Source of the DNA: Leucoraja ocellata
Lineage: Eukaryota
Direction: 5' to 3'
DNA: 64,000 nt
Assembly (NCBI GenBank): GCA_036785375.1
Contig: JAWMAR010000545.1
Coordinates: forward strand, 682,001 to 746,000
How positions within the stretch are numbered: position 1 is the first letter of the stretch; each line of letters opens with the position of its first letter. Made by a program: the position numbers and the translations under genes. The notes beneath the pieces were generated by a model. That model searched no databases, had not been told where the DNA came from, and was given only the letters and a program-made list of their open reading frames with translations. Positions 24,267 to 36,610 of the stretch are shown here, piece after piece.

Positions 24267-24495
24267 TTTACTGAACATTGCAAAAAAGGGATCACTATAC
24301 CCCGACAATAAGGTACCACTGAACCATTGTGTGTGGTTTGATTGCAATCAAGTATGTCATGATTCGTCCAGAGAAAAAGTGTTTTATTGACAGTCACAAA
24401 CTAATACCAATATTGTCAACTAATCTCCACATGGATTCAAGCAGAGGAACCAGATAGAGTATCTACCCAATGGAGTAACAAATAAGGAGATTTAA

Positions 24496-24682
24496 TGTGT
24501 AGAAAGGAACTGCATATGCTGATCTAAACCGAAGATAGACACAAAATGTTGGAGTAACACAATGGGACAAGTGGCATCTCTGGTGAGAAGGAACGGGTGA
24601 CGTTTTGGGTTGAGACCCTTCTTCAGACTTCTCCAGAGATGCTGCCTGTCCCACTGAGTTACTCCAACATTTTGTGTCTACC
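24496..24682. mobile_element. Penelope-derived hammerhead element, asymmetric palindrome
   Basis: Minus strand ctgaagaagggtctcaacccaaaacgtcacc; inverted short arm 24630-24680; taaggaga on both flanks. Confidence 0.8.
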
Positions 24683-27412
24683 TAAGGAGAAAATTATCGT
24701 TGTGATAGGATGCCAGACCTTTAAAATAGTAATAGATATTTTCCATATAGATCAATTAATTTAGGAAAATGTGCCAAAACATGAGTGTTACTGGACAAAA
24801 TCTGACATCAGTCCATCGAAAGCAGGTGACAAAAAGTCAAGACAACGAGGTACGTTAAAGTAGCATCTTTAACAGGGAGAAATAGAGAGCTGGAGAGGTT
24901 AGGGAAGGAATTCCAGAGGTATTGGCCCTGAAGTGGAAGTCACAGCTGTGAATGATGAAACAGACGAGTAACTCAAATTTGGAGGAATATAGAAACATTT
25001 GCTTGGATGTATTAGATTTCTAAAGCATTTCATTCAGATTTCTTCTAAGGAGAGACAACTTGCTCCTATACTCTCATAAAAATGATTTGAGGTTCGTTTT
25101 TTTAGTTTAGTTTCGTGATACAGCGAGGAAACAGACTCTTTGGTCCGCTAAGTCTGCACCGACCAGTGATCTCCGCTCTTTTTATTCTTTTAATTTATTT
25201 TTTCTTTGCTTATTTTTTTCTGGTGAGCAAGTGTATACTTTTATTTGAATGAAGTGTTTCAGCATGGTGCTGAAATTAATGAACGGTTCCATTCTACACC
25301 AGAAATGAAGCTCAGTTCTACCACTGATCACAAAATCGATGGGTTAGACTAACGTGGTCAAAAGCACCAGGTCGTTTGGAAATGTACAAATCACATAATT
25401 AACTTGACAATTAGGATTCTGCCATCTTCATGACAATACGATTGGGAAAAGAGACTTACCTTTTGGGGAGAATGTGAGGAAAAAGATGAATGCTCGCTTA
25501 AGAAAGGCCACAGAGGAACAACATTCAGTTTATGAGGAGCTTATGTAAAAGCAAGCCATGCTTGCTCCAGCATGGGTCTAAAGCTCAGTGCTGTATTGTT
25601 TTGGCCTCATGCCAGCTTATAACCTGCAGATAGGCTCTCTCCTGAAGACCGGTTATGAAGTGGAACATCCTCTACTATAGAGGAATGATGGCTGGTATGG
25701 GTGTTACGGAAAGAACAGCCATGGTGGAGGAAAGAAAATCAATAACAATAGAGTGTGCTACTTATACTGTGTGGCTCAATAACAGAAGGTTGAAGGTTCA
25801 GTAATGTGATTCTCCTCAAAGGTGTTATTTTGATCTTTTGCATTTCCAGTGCATTCTGTTGCTTTGGCTTCGCGGATAATGGCATTAAACACCTCTGTAG
25901 CTGCGTGGAGATGTAAAATTTGCCTGAAACTACATCTCACATTTAAAATGAAGTGGATACATTAAAACTGAATTTAGAAGTTATCTACAGAACTTTAATG
26001 ATAATTTTAGAGGCAAAAGACACAAATGATTTGAACTCCAATTTTCAGGTCATTGTGGAATCCATTTGCTAAGTGACAACTTTAAACTTATTTTTTTAAT
26101 GAATTTACTGTTTCTTCCAAGTTGTTTTCAACTAATAAACACACAGCGCCGTCCATTAGTGATATTCATCCAGAATTAAATAATAGATTTCAACAACGGC
26201 GGTTAAATATTTGTTTCAGTTAATAAAATGATTATTATCAAAGGAAGATTTGACAATTACCACATTGATCGCTTATATGCTGATTATATGCCAATTTTAT
26301 AAAGGTGTAGAAATTATTCTTATTTTATTAATGGAAACATAGGTTTGAAAGCTCCAAAGGGCATTTAATATTCAGAATAACTGGCAAAACTACAAAAAGA
26401 TGGTTGATATTCGTAAGCTTTTGATTCCATTTTGTGTGTTCTTATGATTGTCAGATTCTTACTGCATGTTTTGCATTTATTTCTCTGAAGTTTACTGAGA
26501 CAGTCCGGATAAATGTTTCCGCTTTTCCTCTTGATTTGCTGTAAGATCACTTAACAATTGACCTTTTAAAAGAGCTCTTTACATGCTAACAGCTAACTAT
26601 CAGAGATTTCAGCTTAGCTACTGTGTTGCGTCGGCCTCTCGATGTTTTTTTCTGTGCTTCTTATGTACAAAGTATGCCCAAAACTATTGTCCTCTCCCCA
26701 TTTCTGCTGATTTGATGCGAAGATTACATTGTTGTCAGCAGGGGGAATGTCCACCAGTCTGGCCTCAGAGACACAACTGGCTACAGGAGGTCACCGGAGG
26801 CTTGCTAGTGAGTGCACCAATTATCTCCAAGCTGCTTTGAAGAGTCTGTCAGTTTCTCATATTACTGCAAACTTAAAAAGGGCATCATTATCGATCAGAG
26901 CTGGGAATCAAGTGGGTTCAAATAATCCTAAAACTGAGTAAACCCTTTTTTTTCCTACTTGCCTTGGTGCTTAAGAAGAACAAGCCACAGCAGTAAGCTA
27001 CAGTAGAAGGGGAACTGACTGAAGCTTGTTAATAGATGCACACTGTGCGGCATGCTGAACAATTGTTTAATATATGAAAAGGTCTTTGCAGGCTTCACAA
27101 AGGTGTTTTATTCCAACTGCATTGAAGCACAGTCTGCTATGACGTTACTAAATGTCTGACTTTGAATATCAAACAGAGAATCTAAACCATACTTTCAGCA
27201 CTGAAGTACGACTTGGATTGATAAGAGCTTTGCGAGATGAATCTAAACACTTTGCTTATCTGGCATAATGTCTTTGACATATTTCTGCCAACCTCGGCTT
27301 TGGAAACCTATGTGTTCATTTTGTACAATTACTTCATTCGTATTTACATGAGGCTCCCTTTGTTTGATTTCTAACTCAACCCTGGCTAAGGATACTTGTT
27401 AAAACATTCTGC

Positions 27413-27547
27413 TATGTTAACTGCTGTATAAATTGAATCCATTCAATGATTCAATTCCCAAGGGACACCAAACCAAAAAAAAATGGAGGTATGTTAACTG
27501 CTGCAAAATTGAATCCATATAGTGAGTTCAGTTCCCAAAAGACATCA
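27413..27547 (+). repeat. Local ~58-bp imperfect direct duplication
   Basis: tatgttaactgctg...aaattgaatccat...ttccca..gaca.ca at 27413-27470 and 27490-27547. Confidence 0.8.
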
Positions 27548-27869
27548 CAGCCTGCAGTCTGGGGCTAACAGAAAACAGCTCAGATATGATAAAGATTATA
27601 TTTGTCATAAGATGATTCTTTCACAGAATAGAATGACCCCAAAATTTGTACCCGCTGCTCTGCTTTAATTTTGGCCACAGCTGTAGTCTGTGGGGTCAGT
27701 GGAAGGACATTTCATTTGTATGGGACTTGCCAAGTCTTGAAACCAATGCTGGGATCCTTGGTAAGGCTAGCACATGTTATCGTGCCTATTGCTCATAGGA
27801 GTAGTTCCATTCTATGTGAAAGAGGTTTGCATCATGCAACTGTCAAGTGTCCCTGACATCTATATCTGC

Positions 27870-27965
27870 AGATAGATACAAAAAGCTGGAGTAACTCAGC
27901 TAGACAGATAGCATCTTTGGAGAGAAGGAATGGGTGATGTTTCGGGTTGAGACCCTTCTTTAGGC
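27870..27965 (-). mobile_element. Penelope-derived hammerhead element (single arm)
   Basis: gatacaaaaagctggagtaactcagc...gtttcgggttgagacccttctttag. Confidence 0.75.
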
Positions 27966-28129
27966 TGCGGTACATGTGTCCAGCTGCAGCTCCTCTCAGA
28001 TCCAATACATTGGATAGAACAGCAGTTGGACACAGGAGCATACAGGAAGCAGAAAGGGCTATAGACAGAAGTTACAGGGAGGTGGCCACACCAATGAATC
28101 ATCCAGATCGAAGGGTGATGACCAGAACA

Positions 28130-28300
28130 GTCATAGTCATAGAGTCATACACCATGGAAACAGGCACTTCTGCCCAACTTGCCCACGCCAACTAACATGT
28201 TATCATGCCTTCACCTGCCTGCATTTGGCTCACATCCTGCTAAACCTACCCTATCCATGTACCTATCTAAATGTTGCTTAAACGTCGTGATAGTACCTGT
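28130..28300 (-). mobile_element. CR1 3' tail
   Basis: Minus strand GTITTFKQHLDRYMDR plus 3' UTR with (ctatga)n. Confidence 0.75.
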
Positions 28301-31275
28301 AGTAGATAGAATGGATAGTAATGGCAGGTGGTGCAGGACCTTCTGTAGCCATCTCCCTCTCAAGCAGGGATACCATTGTGCAAACAATTGGCTTTTCAGG
28401 GGTAGATAGCAGCAGAAATGGCACTTCATCTGGGTCAGTTGTCTAAGTCTAGGTGAGCAGTAATGACAGGGGACAGGGGAAGTATAGATAAAGCCAGGCA
28501 TTTATGTGGCCACTAGCGAGAACCCAGGATGAGGGGTGGTGTGCCGGGAGGGGGAGGGGGGGGGTCTTCCTTTCCAGGTGCAACAGTCAAGGATGTCTCT
28601 AAGCAGATAGCCAACAGTCTGAGAAGAGAGGGTGAGCGGCACGTGGTTACAGCTCACACTGGTACCAATGACATAGGTAGGAATGGAGATGAGATTCTAC
28701 AAAGAAAATTTAGGGCGGGGGGGGGGTTAGGCAGTTGGCCAAAAAACAGGAATTCTAGGGTTGTAATCTTTGGGTGATTCCCCATGCCTTGAGCTGGTGA
28801 GGCAAGGAATGAATAGATAATGCAGTTTAAGGAGCTAATTCTGGGGGTCGGGCTTCATATATATGGGTCATTGGACACAACCAGCATGAGAATAACCGGT
28901 ACATGAGGGACAGGTTCTACTAGCAGTTGAAGGGAACCAATATTCATGTGGAGGGGCTGGTCAATGTTATTTGAGAGGGTTTAAACGAGAGTGGCAGGGG
29001 GATGGAAACAAGAGCAGTAGGTCAGCAAATGAGGGACTGATGGGTCAGTGCATTCCCGTTGTCCTCTTTTCACACCTTACACTTCCTTATCTATTTATCT
29101 CCCTGACATCAGTCGGAAGAAGGGTCTCGACCCAAAATGTCACCCATTCCTTCTCCCCAAAGATGCTGCCTGTCAATAGACAATAGACAATGCACAATGA
29201 GTGCAGGAGTAGGCCACTCGGCTATTCGAGCCAGCACCGCCATTCAATGTGATCATGTCCTGCTGAGTTACTCCATGAGAGGGACAGGACTGGCAGCTCA
29301 ACAATCCAGGGTTTCAATGTTTCAGAGAATGTAGAGAGGGAGGTACAAGAGATGAAGGAGTCGCATATCGACTAAGGGAGAAAGTCACAGCTGAACTCGG
29401 AGAAGGCACACTGGAGGGCTTGTCCACTGAGCCAATATGTGTCGATCTTAAAAATAGGAGAGATGCCATCACTCTGATGAAATTATACTATGGGTTTTCC
29501 AGTAGCCAGCAGGGGATTGAGGAATAGACATGTTATGGAACAATCTAAATGGGCGAATAGTCAAATTAGAGTGGGGACTGGGCCTTGTACTGGAAAAGGA
29601 GCCTGGCCAGGTGACCAGTGTTTCTGTGGGAGAGCATTTCGAGAACAGTGGTCACAATTCCTGACATTTGAAGCTAATTATGATGAAGGATATTATTAGG
29701 ACTGATGTGGAGGCCTGGTGGCAGTGCAGAAAAGGTTTACCAGAATGCTGCCTGGATTATGGGATATGAGCGATAAGGGGAGCTTTGACAAACGTTGATT
29801 GTTTTCCCTGGAATGCCAGATGTTGAGGAGAGACCATAATGGAAGAACATAAAATCACAAGAGGCATTGGTAAGGTATTCAGTAAGAACGTTTATTCCTA
29901 GGCTGAAAGTATCAAATATTGTAGGGCATAGTTTAAAGTGGCACAGTTTAAAGGAGTTGGCTGCGGCAGTTTTTTTTTACACAGGAACGCACTACCAAGG
30001 GTTGAGATGAAAGCCAATATGACAGTGCAGATTAAGAGGCTTTTAGATAGACACATAGATATGCAGGGAATGGAGGGATATGGATCATGTATAGGCAGAT
30101 GAGATTAATTTGTTTTAGCCTTATGTTGAGCATGGACATAGTAGGCCAAAGGCCGGTTCCTGTGTTGTACTGTTCTATGTTTTATGATAAGTCTGGACCT
30201 TGGTGGAAACACTGTTGGAGTTGGACAAATGACAACATTATTCGGCAGAAGCTAGGGAGAATAAATTGGGAGCAGCTGTTATTGGGTAAGTCCACAGCTA
30301 ACATGTGGGAGATAATTAAAGGCCAGTCAATCAGAGTTCAGTCCAAGCATCTTCCCGTAAGGAGGAGGGACTAGTTGGCGAGGTAAGGGGACTGGGAGAT
30401 GGGAGAGGTTGTAAATTTGGTCAAAATAGAAAGGGGAGCTTATGTAAGATTTAGGAAGTTGAAATCAGACAGGACTTTTGAGGAATATAAAGCAAGCTGG
30501 GAATGAAGAGGTCCAAAAATAATGATGAAATGTATGTAACTGGCAAGTAGGATTAACGAGAATGCCAAGATGTTTTATATGTACAACAAGAGGGCATCTA
30601 GAGAAAGAGCAGGACCATTCAAGGATAAACGTGGGAGTCAAAAGATGTAGATGAGATATAAAATGAATACTTTGTGTCAGTATTGACCAAGGAGAAGGAC
30701 ATTGAGGAGTGTGAGATCAATATGGGGGTATATTAATATGCCAGGGCCAATGTGAAATCAAGAAGGAAGTGATGTTGGTCTTTTAAAAGAGCATTAAGGT
30801 GGAATAGCCCGCAGGGCCTATTATGATCTATCCCAGGTTATTAAGAGATGCAAGAGAGGAGAATGCTGGGGTTCTCCTTTATATGGTCTCCAAATAAGTG
30901 TGGTCTGGAATATTGGAGAATAGCAATGTTGTTCCTTGATTAAAAGGGAAAAAGGGATATTCCAGAAAATAATAGGCTGTGATAGGGAAGCTATTGTAGT
31001 GGATATACAGCAATATGGTTTATATACATTTGGAAGAGATGAATTAACGAAAGCCAGTGTGGCTCTGTTGTGACAGGTCATGCCTTAGAAATTTGATTGA
31101 GTTTTCTGAGGAGGTGACAAAGATGATTGAAGAGGCAGTGAATGTTGGCTACATGGACCTAAGGCATTTGACAATAACCCTTATGGTTGCCTGATTCATG
31201 GGATCAATGCTGACTTAGGAGTTTGGATTCAGAAATGGTTTACTCATGCAAGACAGAGGATAGTGGTCGAAGAGT
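28300..31275 (+). mobile_element. Old, long CR1 LINE relic (ORF1 esterase and ORF2 pieces) with nested insertions
   Basis: ORF 28529-28777 FPGATVKDVS..HTGTNDIGR..SRVVIFG matches the SGNH/GDSL esterase of CR1 ORF1. Downstream ORF2 remnants include INWEQLL..GKSTANMWE, NEYFVSV, a PGPD-like region and SCL.NLIEFSEEVTKMI. Interrupted by Penelope-type pieces (~29060-29275), a CR1 3' end (~29720-30185) and a SINE. Confidence 0.75.
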
Positions 31276-31284
31276 GCTGGGTCT

Positions 31285-31540
31285 GTGAGAGACCCGGGTT
31301 TGATCCTGACCATGAGTGCTCGCTGTACGCAGTTTGCACCTTCTCCCTGTGGGTTTTCTCCGGGTGCTCCAGCTTCATCCCACACTCCAAAGACATACAG
31401 ATTTGTAGGTTAATTGGCTTCAGTACATTGTAAATTGTCCCTAATCTGCAGGATAGTGCTAGTGTACGGGGTGATGGCTGGTTGGCATGGATGCAATGGG
31501 CCGAATGGCCTGTTTCCACACTGTATCTCTAAAGTCTAAA
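31285..31540 (+). mobile_element. HE1-type V-SINE
   Basis: gagacccgggtttgatcctgac...gggttttctccgggtgctcc...cctgtttccacactgtatctctaaagtctaaa. Confidence 0.85.
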
Positions 31541-32554
31541 GAGATGTGTGGCCGATATTTTATGTTACACAGAGTGTGGTTGGTGCCTGGAATGCACTAC
31601 AAGTGGTGGTTGTGGAGGAAGCAGGTACATTAATGGTATTGAAGAGGCTTTTAGATCATCACATGTATATGCAGGAAATGAAGGGCTACGGATCATGTAC
31701 AGGCAGAAGGGATTAGTTTACTTTGGCATCATGTACAACACAGAAATTGTGGACTAAAGGGCCTGTTCCTCTGCTGCACTGTTTGGTGTTCTCTGTTCAA
31801 TCTCAGGAATTTTAGCTCCTGGGCAATTATTTGCTCATCTCCTTAATCACACTGTCTTATTTATTTATTCACAGAAGATTAGGCTTTAGTCTGCTCAAGA
31901 CTCTTGATGCAGATGAGATTTGTAGTATATTAGAAAACAAGCCAAAGGCTCAATTCAAATCAAGCTGATGCCAGATGACCATGGCAGGGCCTGAATACCA
32001 TCATGGGCTACAAGCTGAAATCGGGAGCAATCTCTGGCAATTACACATTTCCACCAAATAAGCTTGATGCAATTTCCCCTAGTTTTGTCCAGGCAAACAA
32101 AATTTCACCAACCAAGACCCTGCCCTATCTTCCCTCGCTGGCTTTGTGCCGTGCCGTGCATCTTGGTGGCAGATGCCAGATCAGCTTCTGCGTTGGTAAT
32201 CTCTCGGAAAGCTGCCGGCCAGGTTGGGGCACCTGGGCTGGATCTGAGATCCTGCATCATTCAATTGGCCCCAGTATTCCCCAAGATGTAGATTCAAGCA
32301 AGTCCAGATGCTGGTTTTCAAAAAAAGACACAAAGTGGCTGGAGTAATTCAACGGGTCAGGTAGGGTCATTAGATTAGATTAGAATCTTTATTTGCCACG
32401 CAACCAGGGTTGGTGGTATTTGGGTTCGGTACATGATGGTACACTGCTTTTGTTACATACCACTAATAACACAGATCACCGTAATAAAGTGCATCCATAC
32501 CACATCATACCACATACCACATGTTTCGGGTCAGGATCCTTCTTCGGACTGAAG

Positions 32555-34185
32555 TTCTGAACGGTGTTGGCCAACATCTTAATTCTCTCACTTCCAACAA
32601 TTTACTGTCCCCATCTACTTCAAGGAAACCACCGTCATTCCAGCCCCGAGCAAAATGAACTGCCTCAATGACTACTGACCAGTAGCTCTATGACTTTATG
32701 GTTCGACCATCGAACCTAAGTAAATGCTTTGAACGGTTGGTAATGGGCCATATGTTCGCCAGTCTTCCTGGCAATAGAGACCACTTGCAATTTGAATATA
32801 AGAAAAATAGGTCCACAGAAGCCACCATCTCCCGTGCGCTAGATTCAGTTCGACATTACCCTGACAATAACATCTACGTCAGGATGCCACTCCTTGACCA
32901 CAGCTCAACTTTCAACAGCATCATACCAAATAAGCTTATTTCTAAACTAAAGGACCTGTCCCACGAGCATGCGACTTGCATGCGGCAAGCGCGACCTAAA
33001 AGGCCGATCCCACCAGCATGCGCCTGCATGTGGCAAGCGCGACCTAACGTGGTCGCTTGAGCCGTACGGCATGCGGCAAGCGCGACCAAACCAGAAGCGG
33101 GAGCCGCGCGGAGGTCGAGTGAGTGACACGGCGTATAGGCGGCTGCGGGCTGGCAGGCCATTGCCGCACGGAATTCTTAAACACGGTCAGTTTTTCGAGC
33201 CCCGCGCGATGTCGGCACCAGTTCCGCACAACTCCATACGGCTCCGGCGATCGAAGTGGGTTCGGCCCCGCGAGGCCGTACGATAGGTCGCGCTTGCCGC
33301 ATGCAGGCGCATGCTGGTGGGACCGGCCCTTTAGGTCGCGCTTGCCGCATGCAGGTCGCATGCCCGTGGGACAGGCCCTTTATGGTTCTTCCCTTGGAGC
33401 CCACATCTGCAACTGGCTTTTGTACTTCCTGACTGGTAGACCTCAGTCAGTCAGAATGTTGAGAACATTCTTTCCAGCCTGATCCTCAATGCTGGTACTC
33501 CTTAGGATTGTGGGCTCGGTTCCATGCCATATTCCTTGATCATTTATGATTGTTTGGCTAAGTACAGCACCAACTTGATCTTTAAATTCACCAACAATGC
33601 CACTGTTGTTGGCCAGGTTAGCAACAACAGTGAGACGGAGCACCGGAAAGAGATGAAGAACCTCGTGTCATGGTGTCTGAACACCACAACCACCTGAACT
33701 TGCAGAGAGTGGTGAACACAACCCAGTCCATCATTGGCTCGTCCCATCCTTCCGTCTAGTCCAGCGTCATGGTGTTGTGTATCAGGAAGGCTGGAAATAT
33801 CACCAGGGATGCTTCCCACTGTGGACATTCCCATTTTACTCTTCTACTTTCTGGGAGAAGATGCAGAAGCATTAAGGCCTGGATGTCCAGACTGAGGCAT
33901 TTGCCCCACTCCCAACAGACACCTGAACCAATCATCTCTTTCACACTCTCCTCCTGGAGGGGCCACCGTGTACTCCTACCTCAACCTCATTTGGTTATTC
34001 TGGTATTGCACTTTTGTATTTTGATACTACCTTTGATTGCACTATAATCTTTGCAATCCTCTGCCATTTTGAACTTGTTGTGTATTTATTGTGAACTTAC
34101 AATATTTATTCTTTAATCTATGGGCTTCATGAGAACTAGGAATTTCATTGCCCCCTGGTGTATTTGAAAATAAGCTAATCTGACC
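32555..34185 (+). mobile_element. Degraded Rex1/Babar LINE interrupted by a MITE
   Basis: KCFERLVMGH..LQFEYKKNRST..YVRMPLLDHSSTFNSIIPNKLISKL | ICNWLLYFLTGRPQSVR; 3' UTR ends gaatttcattg...aataagctaatctga. Confidence 0.8.
32951..33379. mobile_element. PIF/Harbinger-type MITE, type C (long palindrome)
   Basis: TIRs aggacctgtcccacgagcatgcgac / gtcgcatgcccgtgggacaggccct, with the inversion extending ~95 bp. Flanks TAA (32948-32950) and TTA (33380-33382). Confidence 0.88.
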
Positions 34186-35624
34186 CTTGATGGAGATGTG
34201 ATTTAATGTATAAAATGGCTAACGGAATAATGGTCATCTTCAGGGCTGGCAACACTAAAGTGGGTAAGTGCTGTCTCATTTGTTTTCAATCTTGTCCCGT
34301 GCCATACACAGTTCAGATCTCTGTGGTCCATCTGAGGAAGGATATGTTGATTGAGAACGTTAAGCACAGAATTCTTTGACAAATTTCACTACTTTAAGGG
34401 ATAAATTATGAGGACAAATTGCGTAAACCTAGCTTGCATAATTGAATTTAATTTAAGGGGTGTGATGGGCAAGCCCATGTTGTACTTGCTGGAGTCTTGA
34501 ACTGTGTTGGTGGTGTTTCAACGCCAACGAGTTCCTTCAATGCGTGAGGTTCCTGGACTCCCCTCCACGGTTCTGTAATACTACTCCCCCATACGCTGCC
34601 AACCATGCAGATATAGTTTGAATCAGACTAGTCTTAGGCTGATGTTTATGCTACTCACTGGCCACCTTCTCTTCCACCACAAAAAGTGCCCAAGTAATGA
34701 GTGATTCTGACCGTGATTCCAATATATAGGTCGGAAACCTGAAACTGGATGAAGGGTAAGAAAGGGCTAGAGACTTACACTGGGGCATTTAATACGTTTA
34801 CATTCAGATGGCAGGAGGCAAGATGCCTGTGGTTAGAGAGTTGGGTGGGAAACAGGGATGGGGAAATGCCAATGCATGGGATGATAGGCTCCAGAGATCC
34901 AGAAGTTCCTGAAACTGTATTTTAAGGAAGAGTCAAATAACTTGGAGCTGGAATGGGGAGGCAGGAAGCCAGAATCTTGGTCGTACTAATCCATGGAACT
35001 GCAGGGGACTGTTTCTGCATGTTTGTAGTCCTGAAGGTGAAGGTGAGGTGAGGACAACACTCTCTCTCAATTCTTTAGTGGTCATCAGTTCCTTCAAGAA
35101 TTGTTTAGAATCTGATCAAGCTGGAAGAATTAGTTGAAGCTTGCAAAATGTAAGCTTCACCTGACTCTTCACAGTATTCAGTATTCAGTACGGCCCTGGA
35201 ATAGAAACAAGTCTCTTCTTTGCAATGTTAAATTGGTGACTTTAGGCACTTCCAAATTTGGCTGAAAGGAGTGACGGCCATGATAATTCCGAAATATATC
35301 ATGCAAAACCGAAAATTACCAAGTATTCATCCCAAAAAAACAGGTGAAATGCAAAAGAATCTCTATGTCGGTAGCCCAATAACATTTGCTAAATGTGGCC
35401 TTTGTTAAATGCCAGAACCACTATTCAAATTGTATCCAGCACCTCTAGTTGAAGTTTATTAACCAAGCTGTTTAAAGTGACAGTAAAATTCAATCGGATT
35501 GATAGGGTTGATTTGTTTGGAGTAATAATCAAGGCCACCTAGTATTGAAACCAGGAACCATTATTTTTACATGAAGGAAGGGGAACTCTTGAATTTCTTC
35601 ATCAGAATGTTTTCAGGATTGAGC

Positions 35625-35906
35625 TTCCAGAACCAGGGGCCACAGTTTAAGAATAAGGAGTAAGCCATTTAGAACGGAGACGAGGAAACACTTTTTCTCA
35701 CCGAGAGTTGTGAGTCTGTGGAATTCTCTCCCTCAGAGGGTGGTGGAGGCAGGTTCTCTGGATGCTTTCAAGAGAGAGCTAGACAGGGGATATGGGAAGA
35801 AGGCAGGAGCGGGGTACTGATTGGGGATGATCAGCCATGATCACATTGAATGACGGTGCTGGCTCGAAGGGCCGAAAGGCCTACTCCTGCACCTATTGTC
35901 TATTGA
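35625..35906 (+). mobile_element. CR1 LINE 3' end
   Basis: ccagaaccaggggccacagtttaagaataagg...gggccgaaaggcctactcctgcacctattgtctattg. Confidence 0.88.
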
Positions 35907-36091
35907 CAATTGTTAGATTTTTATTATGCCCAATTAATGGAGTTGGATTGGTTGAGATCTAATTCAAAGATGTAACAGCCTAATTCATTCCAAGATTCCT
36001 ACAGACTATGACTGAGTAAAGAGCTGAGCATAAAACCTCAAATGCTGCTGTGAGTTGTGGAAATGTCTGATTTGCACTCATGGTGCAGTTT

Positions 36092-36373
36092 TGGTTTAGT
36101 TTAGAGATGCAGCATGGAAACAGGCCCTTCGTCCCACCGTTTGTGCCAAACAGCAATCACGCTGTATTCTAGCACTCTCCTGTACACTAGGGACAATTTA
36201 CAATTTTTACAAATCTGTACGTCTTTGGAGTGTGGGAGGAAACCGGAGCTCCCAGAGAAAATCCACACGGGAGAACGTACAAACTCCGTACAGACAGCAT
36301 CCGTAGTCAGGATAGCACCCAGGTCTCTGGCGCTGTAAGGCAGCAATTCTACCGCTGCGCCACCGTGCCACCC
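36092..36373 (-). mobile_element. HE1-type V-SINE, full length
   Basis: Minus strand gggtggcacggtggcgcagcggtagaattgctgccttacagcgccagagacc...ctaaactaaacc. Confidence 0.9.
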
Positions 36374-36553
36374 TAAAGTCAGGTTCTTTTTGAAGAATTG
36401 CAGCTTGTTTATCCAGAGATAAAATATGCTTATGCAACGTGATATGTTTTTTTTTTTTGCCTTGCACAACATTTGAAACTGTATTGACAATTGTCAACCG
36501 ATAAAATTGCAGTGAAATATTTTGTTTCATTTTTAAGCACAAAAAAATCTTAC

Positions 36554-36610
36554 CTTATGGTTGTGGGAACTGTGGCTGGTAGATTTCGTAACTGAATACG
36601 AATCCAATTC
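36554..36610 (-). CDS. Candidate 57-nt internal exon of an unidentified host gene
   Basis: Minus strand tttctttcttttaag|GAATTGG...ACCATAAG|gtaag; strong acceptor and donor; length divisible by 3; two open frames (ELDSYSVTKSTSHSSHNHK or NWIRIQLRNLPATVPTTI). Confidence 0.42.

Noticed and set aside
32969-33361. Repeat-spacer pattern resembling a CRISPR array
   Set aside because: The repeats are direct on one side and inverted on the other inside a TIR element, the spacers are mirrored, there are no cas genes, and the context is vertebrate.
36300-36373. tRNA gene (also other SINE heads)
   Set aside because: A- and B-box-like motifs belong to HE1-type SINE heads followed by a V-domain and LINE tail; no complete cloverleaf was seen.
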